A stretch of DNA of 64,000 bases from Camelus ferus (Eukaryota), in assembly GCF_009834535.1 (NCBI RefSeq), contig NC_045696.1, positions 79,486,001-79,550,000 of the forward strand, in the 5' to 3' direction. The position numbers and the translations under genes were made by a program. The notes under the pieces were generated by a model. The model was given only the letters and a program-made list of their open reading frames with translations, did no database searches and had not been told where the DNA came from. This document shows positions 51,950 to 64,000 of this stretch, one piece after another (the stretch's first letter is position 1; each line of letters opens with the position of its first letter).

Positions 51950-53705
51950 GCGCGCGCACATATATGGCTAATAACCTATTTAATTGTGAAAAACTGAATG
52001 CTTTCCCTTAAGATTGGAAACAAATCAAGAATAATCTGCTTTTATCATTAAGCAAGTTTGTGCTGAAAGTTTTGGTCAGTGAATTAAGGCAAGAAAAAAA
52101 AATACAACCAGACATATGAGAAATGAAGAAGTAAAAACATATTATTTGTGGATAACATGATCATCTGCACAGAAACCCATAAAGAACCTATCAAAAAGCT
52201 ATTAGACTGGAAGGTGATTTTTTTAAAACTAGCACAAAACATGGTTAATATAAAAAGTTATACAGACCAATAACTAACTGGATATTAAAATGAAAAGCAA
52301 GTCTATTTATGATAGCATCACTATATGAAACACTAAGGGATAAACTAAGCAAAAAATGTGGAAGATGTATGCAAGATGATAAAAACAACAAAAGATTGTG
52401 AACAGAAATTAAATAAGTTCTAACTAAATGGTGCAATATTCCATGTTCATGAATTGAAAGATACCCATCTTCTCAAATTAATCTAAAGATTCAGTACCAT
52501 CATTAATAAAATCTCTGCAGCTTTTCTTTTGTAAAAATTGACAAGCAGATTGTAAAATGTATACGGATACACAAAGGACTTTGAACAGACAAAACAACTG
52601 TCAAGCTGCTTATAAAACTTATATGGAAATGTCCAGAACATTAAAAGCAATTTAATAAAGAATAATAACATTAGAGGATTCATGCTATCTGATTTCAAGT
52701 GTTAGTATAATGCTCCAGTAATCAAGATTAAATGGTACTGGGATAAAAATTGACAAATAGATCAATGAAACAAAATAACAAGCTCAGAAACAAATTCCCT
52801 CTTATTTAATCATGTGATATTTGACAAATATGCAAAAGCAATCAAATGATAGCAGGAAGTTTTTTCAGCAAATGGTGCTGGAATAAGTGGATATTCAAAA
52901 GGGGGAAAAAAGACTTTCAGCCCCTATCTCGTATCAGACATAAAAATAATTCAGATTAAGCATTTAAACATAAATCTAAAATAAAAGGCTGTTGGAGAAA
53001 CACACAGAATGTCTGGTTTGCATGACTGGAGGGCAGTCACAATTTCTTAGGGAGGCCATAGGAAGCAAACCAAAGAGAAAAAACTGTGTGTGTGTATAAT
53101 TTCATCAAATCAAAAAGTTCTGCTCCATAAAGAAAAAAAGACTATTAAGAAAATGAACAGGAAAGCAATAAACTCAGAAAAATATTTGTAAAACATAAAT
53201 CTGGCTGAGAACTAGTATTATCTGGGATATATGAGAGAATATTTATAATTCAATAATAAAAAGACAACAAATAAAACAAATGAGTAAAATATCTGAAAAA
53301 AAAAACACTTCATTAAGAAGATTTACAAATGGCCAATTAGCACGTAAAAAACTGTTCAACATCTTCAGTCAGGAGACAATTAAAATCATAATAATAAGAT
53401 ACCACTATAACTCTACAGTGAGTAGAACGGTTAAAACTAAACAAATCAACAACAGAATACCAAATACACACACACACAAACTAGCAACACTAAATATTGG
53501 CAAAGACATAAAGAAACTGGAAAAACAAGTTAAAAGAAAAATAAAGCCAAATAGACAAGTCTGGATTGCAGAACATTTTACAGATTAGTCATTTCGATAA
53601 GGCAAAATGCAGTAATTGTTGAATATGGGGCAGTGACTATGTGGAAGTTAACTGTAATTTTCTTTCAAGTTTTATAAATCTTCAGAAACTCTCAAAAAGT
53701 TTAAA
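50440..53705 (+). mobile_element. Old L1M LINE-1 ORF2 and truncated 3' end
   Basis: aaatatttggaaattaaataacatacttcta...gacaaattccttgaaagacacaa...ggaatgcaaggttggtttaa...gaaaaactgaatgctttcccttaagattggaaac...tttcagcaaatggtgctggaa. Confidence 0.9.
51908..51966. repeat. (CA)n-(CG)n alternating purine-pyrimidine tract
   Basis: ata(ca)n cgtg(cg)n caca tatatg, directly visible. Confidence 0.92.
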
Positions 53706-53799
53706 AGTAAGAACATAAACCCGAGGAAATTATATATATATATCTCAAATAAATCATTCGTTACACATGTGTTAAATCTTTTTTCTATGAGTATTTGCT

Positions 53800-54055
53800 T
53801 TATAGAGTAGTGGTTGATCTAAATTCTTGTGCTTCCCTGACTAAGCATGAATATCAGGTTTCCACTTACTGTTTGAGTGGATTTGGACAAAATAATTAAC
53901 CTCACTGTGCCTCATTCTCCTCATTTATAAAATATGTGTAATGAGAGTACCATTTTCATATAGTTGTTGTAAGCATTAAAAGAGTTTATGCATGGAGAGC
54001 ACTTATAATTTGGCCTAGCAGAAGGCAAATACTTTAAAATGTTAGTTATTATATT
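53800..54055 (+). mobile_element. MIR SINE
   Basis: ttccacttactgtttgagtggatttggacaaaataattaacctcactgtgcctcattctcctcatttataaaat. Confidence 0.8.
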
Positions 54056-54289
54056 ATGACTTACATATATTAACTCACAGACATCATCCACTCCATATGT
54101 ATTTGCAACAGACAAAGAGTACACACTGAAGTTGCTGATAACTGCTCCCCATTTGTATTAGCAGTTTTAACAGATAAACACAACTTGTAGTCTGTTATCA
54201 GATGCTGAAATGAAGCCATTTTATATGCTTTGGACCAGGGAGCATGTAAAAATGAATTCCTTCAGTACCTAGGCAAAATATGGCACATG

Positions 54290-54540
54290 TCCAGAAGGCA
54301 GAGAGTGTGGTTCATACCTCATAAACATGCCTGGATTGAATTCTCAGACAAGTGACTCAACAGCTGTGTGACCTGGGGCATGATATTTAATGTTGCTGAA
54401 CTTCAATTTCTTCATTTGCAAAATGAGGTTGATAATACCCCATAGGCATATATTGAGGAATAAATGAAATTTACTATATGTAAAACTTTAGCAGAGAGTA
54501 TGGCATAATATAAACTCAGTAAGTGGAGCTCTATTTTTTT
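54290..54540 (+). mobile_element. MIR SINE
   Basis: cagctgtgtgacctggggcatgatatttaatgttgctgaacttcaatttcttcatttgcaaaatgaggttgataatacc. Confidence 0.8.
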
Positions 54541-55198
54541 TACTACTTGAGAAATATTTATTGATATATAATAAGATGTCTCAGGGACTGCTGACAATGA
54601 CCTGCAGCTGCAGAAGAGGCTCAAAGAGCCAGAAAGTTCTTTCTACCAGGACTCTTAGGGAGACACTCTTAACTGCCTTGTTAGAACATCAGTATTCCAA
54701 ATTTTCAGCCCAAAGTAGATGGTTGCACTAGCAAAATTAAATTTTCAGATAAGAAGAATTTGTATGTTTTACTACGATATTTTTATAAAACATACCATAA
54801 GACTGTATAAGAAGTGACAGAGAAATATGATTTAAAAATTCCTAAGAAATATGGAAGGATTATGCATAGTACTCTATAGTTTACATTCATATTGTTCAAA
54901 TATTTTACTACTTTGAGTTGATATCACCTTCTCAGGTAATTTATCTGCCTCTCCAGAATTTAAAAATGAGAAGAGTAAGTATATTTTTTTTTAAAGTCTG
55001 TGCATTTTACTACCAACTGCAAATTCAGAGAGATAGCATTCTTGATGCCTAGTTGCTCAATGCCTTAAAACCAATTTATTCACCTATCATGTTCTTTAAT
55101 AATTCAGTGCAAATAAATCAAAGGTTACTGGTTCCTTTATCCTTTGATGTTCTTCCATCTATTCTACTTTTCTATCAGCCCTCTGATGCAGTGAATTA

Positions 55199-55528
55199 CA
55201 ATCCTCTCTTGTTATCCACAGGGAATTGCTTCCAGGACCATCCTCCTCAGCCACCTCCCTAGACCACAATCCAAGGATGCTCAGGTCCCTTACATAAAAT
55301 GGCATAGTATTTGCATATAACTCACACAAATCCTCCAGCATACTTGAAATCATCTCTCGATTACTTATGATGTCCAGTGTAATATAAATGCTATATAAAT
55401 AGTTGCCAGCACACAGTAAATTCAAGTTTTGCTTTTTGGATCTTTTCTGGAATTTTTTTTCATGTGCTTTTGATCCAAGGTTGGTTGAATCCAAAGATGC
55501 AGAACCCACAGACATGAAGGGCCAACTG
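55199..55528. mobile_element. MER2/MER2B TcMar-Tigger MITE
   Basis: ggatgctcaggtcccttacataaaatggcatagtatttgcatataac...ggttggttgaatccaaagatgcagaacccacagacatgaagggccaactg. Flanked by TA on both sides. Confidence 0.9.
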
Positions 55529-55949
55529 TACTGCAATGAATTTGATCCAATATGTTTAAAAATATCTTCCCTTGACAATTATGTTTCTTATTATGTAATT
55601 ATGACTGATTCATTACTACACACTAATTTCTTTAAAATTTAATAATTTTAATAGAAACATGAACCATATATATGCACACTAATTTTAACCTTAGCTATAA
55701 AACATCCAAATCTACAGAAAATTCCGAGGTAACAAAATGCTATCATTTATAACTTTCATTCCTTTCTGCATTCAAATATTGCTTTATTGACTCATAAGAA
55801 GCATACAAGTACCCAAACAAGTTGAAATCCTAAAAAAGGTTGAAACAATAATCCATAAAATGGTGAGCTGGTAGTGATTAAAATTAATTGTTTAACGTTA
55901 AGCACTATTTTGTCAGGTAAAAACATTTAAAATTTATATGTATACTATA

Positions 55950-57190
55950 TTGTTATTATTTATGTATTTTATATAAAAATAGAATACTGAAAAATAGAAA
56001 TAGAATATAAAACACAAAATAGAACAAAGAAAATTCATCAAACAGAAGATAGGAAAGAAGAATCAAAAGCAAAAAACAAAGACAAAAAGCACCCCCAAAA
56101 AGTAACAAAATAAAACAAAAAACTAGTATTTATGAAGCACATAATAAGATGAAAAAGAAGAAATTAAAATGTTTCATAACCACAATGAGTATACGTGAAA
56201 TAAACTCATCAGTTTAGATAAGACATAAACTTTTAAATGTATTAAAAATGACAGCTGCATACTGTTTAAAAAGAAACAACTAAAACATAGTAAGAGAGGA
56301 AGTATAAAAGAAAATAATGAAAAAGAAGAAATTAGGCAGATACTCAGAAAGGAAAATTAGTGTAATTATATGGACTTCAGAGAAAATACATTTTGTGACA
56401 AAAAGAAATATTAGAGGTAAAATGACTAATTACCTAGTGATAAACAGAACAATTCACTAGGAAGACATAATAATATTTCACCTGTATCTTCCCAGTAATA
56501 TTGCTATAAAATACATTAAAAATCTTGAGTGAATTCTACAGAGAAATCAACAAAAAAAATTAACTTGGCAATTTTAACATAGATATCTTAATATTTGACA
56601 GGCAACAAAACAACAGTAGGATATGAAGGACTTAGAAAAGACAGAAAATAATACCTGATGAGTAAGTACAAGACGCTAGCCAGAACAATTAGTGAATTAA
56701 TATTATCTCAAACACACACAGAACATCTATAAAAACTGATCACACATCTTAACAAACACCAAAGGAAAGATACACAAACCACATTTTAACAAAATAGAAC
56801 AAAATAACAAAAATTTAAACCCAAATCCCCATATCATGGCTTGAAAATTTATAAATATACTTTTAAATAATTCATGGATCAAAAATGATATCATAAAGGT
56901 AATTAGTAAGGTAATATAGCTCTGAAATGATAGAGAACACTACATATGTCTTCTGGGATACCCCTACAGCAGTACTTGAAGGAACAGTCATAAGATTAAA
57001 TGCATATATTAGAAAACAAAGTTTAAAAGAGAACAGACTAAACTTCTAATTTAAAATATTAGAATTTTAAAAAAATATTAATTTGAAATCATTCAAAGGA
57101 AAGAAATTATATTTGAACACAAATTAATGAAATACACAAATTAGTTGTAATAGAATAAACCAGGTGAAAGCTGATTACGTGAAAAGAAAC
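55950..57190 (+). mobile_element. Old L1ME-like ORF2 5' (endonuclease) region
   Basis: acttcagagaaaatac...aattcactaggaagacataataat...gaacatctataaaaactgatcac...cttttaaataattcatggatcaaa. Confidence 0.7.
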
Positions 57191-57511
57191 TGAGAAAACA
57201 GAAGCTCCAAAAGTGAAGAGAACTGCTTTGCTCAGGTATGCATCTTAAGCAGGAGACAGCCAGAATAAAGTAGTAAACAACAATTAGAATTATACTCTTG
57301 CTTCCCTCCTGCCATTGCCTTGAGCCGAATAATGCCTGTTCTAAGAGCTGCAGTGACTCAGAGTTCTACTTCAGTATCCAAGAAGTACCTCAGGGTGCTA
57401 CAGAGCACTGTGTATGCAGAAGGATGAAAAACAGAAGGGGAACTAACATGCCTTATGAAGTCTTTTATCCACAACTTCTTTTCCCCAAACCTCTAGACTG
57501 ATAATCACGAT

Positions 57512-57945
57512 CTAATGTTCCTAGCTTTTTGTGTGCCATGAACCCCTTTCATAGTCTGCTGAAACCTGTAAGTCTCATCAAAAAAATCAATGAACACAGC
57601 AAATAAAATATAGCATTACAAACAAAAGAAATTAAATTGAAATTCAACCATCAAAATGTTTTTAAAATTTATGATATAGTACTATGTGTGCTTTTAAAAA
57701 AATAAAGCATTAAATATGATAGCTATAAGGCTAGTAGTTACTGTAATTTCAAAATAATAATAAATAGAATATTTGAGATATCTCTAGCTGTAAGTGGCAC
57801 AAAAACACTGATGAGAGCTGCCACTGAAAACATCTGTGATGTGTACTATGAGTATCACTCATTAAACAAAAGCTAAAATCCAGTTATATAATAGTGAAAA
57901 TAAAAGATGTGATTTTGTGTCATACGTTCATGGGCCCCGATCAGA
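57512..57945. mobile_element. hAT-Charlie MER119-like element (second copy)
   Basis: gttcctagctttttgtgtgccatgaacccctttcatagtctgctgaaacctg...aatatttgagatatct; homologous to 41432-41858. Confidence 0.65.
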
Positions 57946-58239
57946 TGTTTCCTCCTAATGTGGCTTCTCCTCAGGGTCAAAGAGTGAAGCCTTGACCTGA
58001 GGATTTACTCTGTAGAGCAAAACAGATTTTCAATGACTTTGAGTTCTTTGATCTCACTCTATTCTCCATGGTCACCCACAACCCCTCATTCTCTGGTTCC
58101 CTGGAAAGGCTCTCAGCTAAGCCCTCCCCATAGGGATCATCTATCTGACAGACTTGGCAATACTCCCAGAGAAAAGGGATGGGGGGAAGAGAGGAAGAAA
58201 AGGGTGACCTTTCCTGACCACTCTACCTAAAATAACCTC

Positions 58240-59595
58240 CAAGAGAAACATTAAAATCAACATTGCTCATTCAAAATACCAAAGGATTTAACAATTTTTA
58301 AAAATTGAAATTCCTATGTAATATTTTGAGGAAATAATAGAAAAATATTCCTATAATTTACTTAGAAAGGAAAACCTATACAAATATCCAGAAAAATTTT
58401 GATGAGGATGTGGTTAGGAAATAAAAGATTACCAAAACCAAAAGAGATAGATAGTTCCATCTGGGGGAAAAAAAAACAAACCAAAAACAAAAGCAAGTAC
58501 ATCAAAACATTTATATTGTGTGAAAATCAATAATTTCAAAAGTACTTTGGAAAGAAATGTGAGATTCTCCTCACACCCTATATAAAAGAGAAATTGAAGT
58601 ATATTAAATTTAATTGTAAAAAATGAAAACATTAAAGCACTAGAAATGTATACAGATTAGAATAATCTGTGAGTGAGGAAGACGTTTCTATATGTGCCAT
58701 CAGATTGAAAATAACATTTAAAGGGCTACTTGATTTGATTACGTACAAGGAAAACATCATCAAATGTTACCACAGACAAAACTGGAAGACTGATGACAAT
58801 TTAGGGAGAGTGGAGACGGTCTGGAATCACTATGTGTAGTTTAATAAGAAACAGATAAACAATAAAAGACATTAACAACTCATAAAGGAAATTAAAAAAA
58901 CTAACAAACATAAAAGTGTTTCATCTTATTAATGTCAGAGGTGAAAATTAAAGTATCAATGAAATGTAATTTTGTCACTTATCAAAGCACCAAAATTTTT
59001 TAAATGAAAATATTCATGCTAATTAGGGTGTCATAAGATCTGTACTTTCACACTCTGCTGGTGAGAACGTAAACTGGCATAATAATGTTCCTGGAGAGCA
59101 ATTTGGGAGTGTCTTTCCAAGAGCTTTAAAAATCTTCATATATTTTAGCTGAGCAAATCCAACATCAAAGTAGGTACTTTTAAATTTTTTTCAAAATGCA
59201 AAACAATGATCATCACGTTATTATTGAAGATAATAAAATACCTGGATCCACAAAGTATCCAACAACAGAAGACTTACTTAATATATCATGCTACAGCCAT
59301 ATGAAAATGTTATATCCAAAAACATAGTTAATTAGAAGAATATGTAGGAATTCAAGAATACACATAGTCCTCATCAAATGTTAAACAAAATAGGCAAAAA
59401 ATAAAAATTTATTTAAAATTTGATCCAAATTTTGTAAAATAAAAAAAATGAATATCTTACTAAGAACAAAACAGACCACACTGGTAACAGTTAGTAGCTC
59501 TGCATGACAGTTTATGTGTAACATTTAGCTTCTTTTTTAAGTTTTCCATGATGATTCATATTACGTTGTAGTTGGAAAAAAATTGATGTTATTTT
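58240..59595 (+). mobile_element. Old L1ME 3' region
   Basis: atttcaaaagtactttggaaagaaatgtgagattctcctcacacc...ctctgctggtgagaacgtaaactggc...ctggagagcaatttgg. Confidence 0.7.
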
Positions 59596-59719
59596 TAAAA
59601 CAGCAGTTACTACAAATATTTCTTTAGTTGTTACGAATCACTACTGCATTTTATCAATTCTGGAAAAAGTAAATTTTGTACATAAAGCCTCTCTAAAATA
59701 GGAAATATTTAGAGCATAA

Positions 59720-59935
59720 TTATTGTATCATTGGGAGCATGTGTTTTAGAGCAAGAGTGTCTTGGTTTGAACATCAGCCTTCTATGCCTCAATTTCACCT
59801 GAAACATCAGAATACTACCACTAGACTAATAATAGTAACACTAATATCTATCTCAAGGTATGACTGTGAAGATTTCAATGAGTTCATATACGTGAAGTAC
59901 TTAGAAGAGTACTTGATACAATAAATACAATATAA
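59720..59935 (+). mobile_element. MIR SINE
   Basis: tgcctcaatttcacc...tatctatctcaaggtatgactgtgaagatttcaatgagttcatatacgtgaagtacttagaagagtacttgataca. Confidence 0.65.
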
Positions 59936-60859
59936 GGGCTTGTGTGTACATACACACACACACGCAAGCTTGTGCTCATGAAACACTAATTACTTAATAC
60001 CCAACTGCTCTTATTTTACTTCTCTTGTGATTAACAAATGAACTAAAATGAACTAAACAGTTAGGAGTTTGTCCACAGTCTAGGTAGTTTCAAAGACTAC
60101 AGTTACTAAATTCAAGTGACATTTATCGAAAGAGCTTAGAGACCTAGATAAGTGATTGACTAATTAAGTGGAATAATTAAAAAGCAAGAACTATCACCTA
60201 GCCAAATTATCCAGAGACTTCCTATTGATAAATTAGAAAATTTACTACATTTACTACCAATTTAATCAGACTAAAATCCTGTTGATGTCCTTGATTGGGT
60301 AATTATGTAATGAGACACGGAAAGTAACTGCCATAAATCTGTCTTAGTATCTATCCAGTCCCCACAGGTAACATCTTGGGCCTATTATTCTTATATTCTC
60401 CATTGGTGTATTCAAATCTGAGTGTATGTGTGCAGAGTATCACCAATATAACAGGTTCATTTTTAAAATATCTCAAAACTGTAGAAGGGAAAGTGAACTT
60501 TGGTTTATTTTACATTTTCTGTTCAGTGAAAGTTAGATATTAATTTCAAATGGAAACCCACTATTCATTTCTTTTCCAAGAAGCAAGTCATGCATTGTCT
60601 CCTATATCGCTTTAATGTCATTTATCTGATTCTGAGTATGCAAATCTATAATGCAATATCTAGATGTGGCCAGCCCTGGGATTCACATGCTTTGCACGTT
60701 TCATTTGTACAAATGGAAAAAAGAAAATACTAGAGGGTGAGAGAAAAAGAGTTGCCTAAATTCATACAAACAATATGTAACAGCACTCCAATCCCTCTGA
60801 ACCAAATCTAGTAGCTTTTCAACTGTCTCATATAAAAAATACTCTATAATTTGTCCATC

Positions 60860-62610
60860 ACTTTACATATCCTGGTCAGATTCCTTTCCAGTTCTCCCAA
60901 TGACAGTTGCAAATATCCATCACTGTCTGCAAGTCTCCTACTTGATTCCAGTCCTTTTCATTTTCATAACCTTTCTTTCTACTTCACAAAAATAATTAAA
61001 ATAAATATGATTGTGTGTTTACTCCCTCAGTCTTAAGACCTTTCTCAAATCATATCAATTTTTTTCTTTGCTGAGGACAGGTGGTATTTCTCCCCTGTCC
61101 CAGTCGATTTTGATAGCTCCTCCCCCATTGCGTTCCCATCCCCTGTGGTCTTGGCTGGGCTGCCAGCCATCTTCTCCACTCCCACTTTTATCTGTGATCT
61201 GAGGCAGGCACATGGCTAGGAAAGGTCAAGCAGAGAACTTCTCTATGGGTTGGGTTGATACACCAACATTGGGAGTAGAAGAGTCTTTTCCTTGAGTTTG
61301 CTAAAATGGGAAGAGTGCAATCGGGACCTCTCAGAGACCACCAAGCAAATGACACAGTGAAAGCCTGTGCACAGAACCAAGCCAGCACCATGAAGGACCA
61401 TGCCTGTCACAGCTGCAATGACTTGGATCTCTGGATCTAGCTCTATGAAGCCAGTTCCTACCTTGAACCACACAAGTGTGAGAGCCAATAAATCCCCTTT
61501 TTCAGTTGTGGTATTTGGAGCTGGTATTTTAAAATGTGTATCAATTCCACCTCCTCCCACTTCCCTTTCCTCTCTGCCTCTCTCCTTTATTTTCTTACTT
61601 CCTTCATCCTCACTCTTATCCAAGGTTTCCCTCCATGACCTTAGGAAGTTTGCTTCACCATATCATTCCATCACAGCCTTCATCTTCTGTGTCTTCAAAT
61701 CATGCCCTTCTATGAAGTATTTTTTCCATTGCAAATAAACACAAACATCTTTCACGGCATAGCCCTGCTCTCTTGACCTTTTCTTTCTACCTTCCTTCAC
61801 AAGTAAGCTTCTTGACAGAACTGTCTATACTTGTTTCATCCACTTCCTCAACTGGTTTTAACCCCTTTTACTCTGTTGAAAAGCAATATGCAACAGTTAA
61901 AAATTACATACTGCTCTCCAAATCCAATGTTCACTCTCCTATCTCCAACACACGACATTGATTAGTAACCTCTTGAAACTTACTTTTCTTTGGCTTGCCA
62001 TGCTTCCATTCTCTTTGCTTTCCCTCTTTCATTAGTCAATATCAGGTTCCTAGAGTAGATTCAAGGAACACCTTAGTTCCTACCTCTTTTTCCAACTCAT
62101 AATCAATCCATAATCAATACTTATAATAAGTGCTACCCTCTATATGCAAATAAACAAATTTTCTACCCCTTCCAGCATACTGAAATATTCTATTATAGTC
62201 TCTTTATCTGTGGTAAAACCCCATCCACTCACCCTCCACTAAGACATCAGAATGACTCTTTAAAACACAACTCTAATTTTTCACTCCACTTTGATGATGA
62301 ATAAGGCACCGATTCTTTATTTTAGCACACAAGGACCTTTAGTCTTCAGGCCCTTCTTACTGCATCAGTTCCGTCTTCACAACCTATGCCAGCTACTTAC
62401 ACAGTTCCCTAATTGCTTCCTACATTCTCACGCCTCTAGGGACCTACCTGGTCTGTTTATTCCTCCTGGAACTCCCAATCCAATGTCAAACAGGCTCACA
62501 TATACCAGAAACACCCCACAAATTTTTAGAGCAATTTTCAAAGAGTTGATAAATAGATTTATAATTATGTATGTGGTTATCTGACATGATTGTTTTAACT
62601 CCTAAAAGCT
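60860..62610 (+). mobile_element. L2 LINE fragments interrupted by a MaLR LTR
   Basis: ccttcacaagtaagcttcttgacagaactgtctatact...ctccaaatccaatgttcactctcc...ctcttgaaacttacttttctttggcttgcca. Confidence 0.65.
61075..61535 (+). mobile_element. MaLR LTR (MLT1K/L-like)
   Basis: tggatctctggatctagctctatgaagccagttccta...gtgagagccaataaatcccctttttc...tttggagctggtatttt. Confidence 0.75.
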
Positions 62611-64000
62611 ACAATATTAAGCTTATCCAAACCTTTCTTCCACATACAGTTTGAAAGAGTAAAAACCATTTTTATGTAGCTTATTATAAAATACTGACTT
62701 TTTCCTAATACCTTCCTGGAAACCTATCTTCAACTTGCAGCCTTACTACCATCTCTAGAGGACAAAGTCCCTGCTCAGGCTGCGCTCTGATGGTCAAAGG
62801 GAGACATCAGCTTGCTTCTGAGTTGAATTATGTCTTCCGGCCACATGGGGTTTTTGTTCTCTTCTTGGCCTTCTCCTTAGGTAATTCTCCAACTTATCTC
62901 ACTCTACTCTCAAGTAATCAATATTTATGAGACACTGGAGGCAGAGAACTACAGTCATAAAATATCATAACACCGTGCCGACTTCACTAATTTCTCAGAG
63001 AAGAAAATGACTCCCTTCCTTCCTTTCATACCATTAGCTGGACTGGACATCAATTCTTTTAAAGCACAGTGCTTGTTTAGTTAATAAATGGACCCAATTA
63101 ACTGATTTCTAACAACACTGAGCAGTTGGTCTCTTTTAGAAACTGTTCCAAATGCAAAGATTAAGGCATTTACATCACTTCAAATTTTATAAGTCTTGCT
63201 CAGAGTAATGTGCTTAGTCAGAAAAGATGAAACATACATTTGAAGAATGATCAGCAATAATTGTTGTTCATTAAGTAAATCAATCATTCATTAATGCATT
63301 CTACGACTATTTGTTAAATCCTCACTATCTATCAATCATCATGTAAAGATATGGGGATTCAATGATGGATAAGATGTAGTACTCACTTCGCCAAAAGTTT
63401 ATTTTAATATGCAGTCAAACTTGTAAGCAAAAAATAGCATATAATATGAGATGTTCTGCTTTTGATCAGTTGCTTCTAATTCCTAACTTTTTTTGAAATT
63501 TGGCAATAAAAATAATGATAAACAGCTCTGCATATTTAAAGGCAGGTAAGAGAGTTGAGTAAGCAGATGCTAAGTAATAAATACATATGTACACACAGAG
63601 ATTATGGTTATCTCATACAAGGCTTTTTATTAATCAGAAAACTGAACAATTTATTTAAGAAAGAGTTTAAAGCATTATGCACATGTAACTTCTTACATAT
63701 ATAAATAGCATTGACTACACTAACAAAGTTATTGCAATAATATAACTTTTGCAACTATATTGCATTTTTCACAAATTTCAGTAATTACAGAGGTGTGACT
63801 TGAAAGTCTAAATTACTTAGTTTTCAAAAGTATCATTATTTTCTATTCATTTTTGGAAAATCTATTAGCCAGGGTATAACTTTATTTTAGTAAGTTTGAT
63901 TCTGTACTTAAGATACTGTGAAAACTATTTTTAGATTACATATAATATAAAAATAATCAGAAAAGACATTAACTTGTTCTGCATAACTTCTGCCATTTCA

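Noticed and set aside
55159..55642. 139-aa and 79-aa ORFs
   Set aside because: Lie over the non-coding MER2 MITE.
61188..61738. Overlapping 67-126 aa ORFs
   Set aside because: Within MaLR LTR and L2 sequence.
1..64000. CRISPR array, rRNA, NUMT, processed pseudogene, CpG-island promoter or prokaryotic-type system
   Set aside because: None seen. The sequence is mammalian repeat-rich DNA with no regularly spaced repeats, no mitochondrial- or mRNA-like tract I recognise, and no CpG island.

Overview
AT-rich, CpG-depleted mammalian genomic DNA, very probably camelid (Camelus/Vicugna/Lama). The evidence is a tRNA-derived Vic-1-type SINE and young camelid-type L1 3' ends. Much of the window is interspersed repeat: old L1M/HAL1, L2, L3/CR1, MIR, MaLR and ERV1 LTRs, hAT and Tigger MERs, one young 5'-truncated L1 with a near-intact ORF2 C-terminus, and microsatellites. 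I recognise no host protein-coding gene. The ORF track is L1-derived or chance. All L1 and LTR insertions lie on the + strand, which suggests the window is inside the intron(s) of a large minus-strand gene. I list several splice-site-bounded minus-strand candidate exons at low confidence. The best sequence-supported curiosities are a 54-bp L1 tail insertion with a perfect 15-bp TSD, an apparent ~1.2-kb inversion inside a HAL1 element bounded by a 17-bp inverted duplication, and short in-frame deletions in the young L1 ORF2. I found no convincing evidence of a previously undescribed biological system. Boundaries of old repeats are approximate, and subfamily names are recalled from memory of consensus sequences, not from a search.
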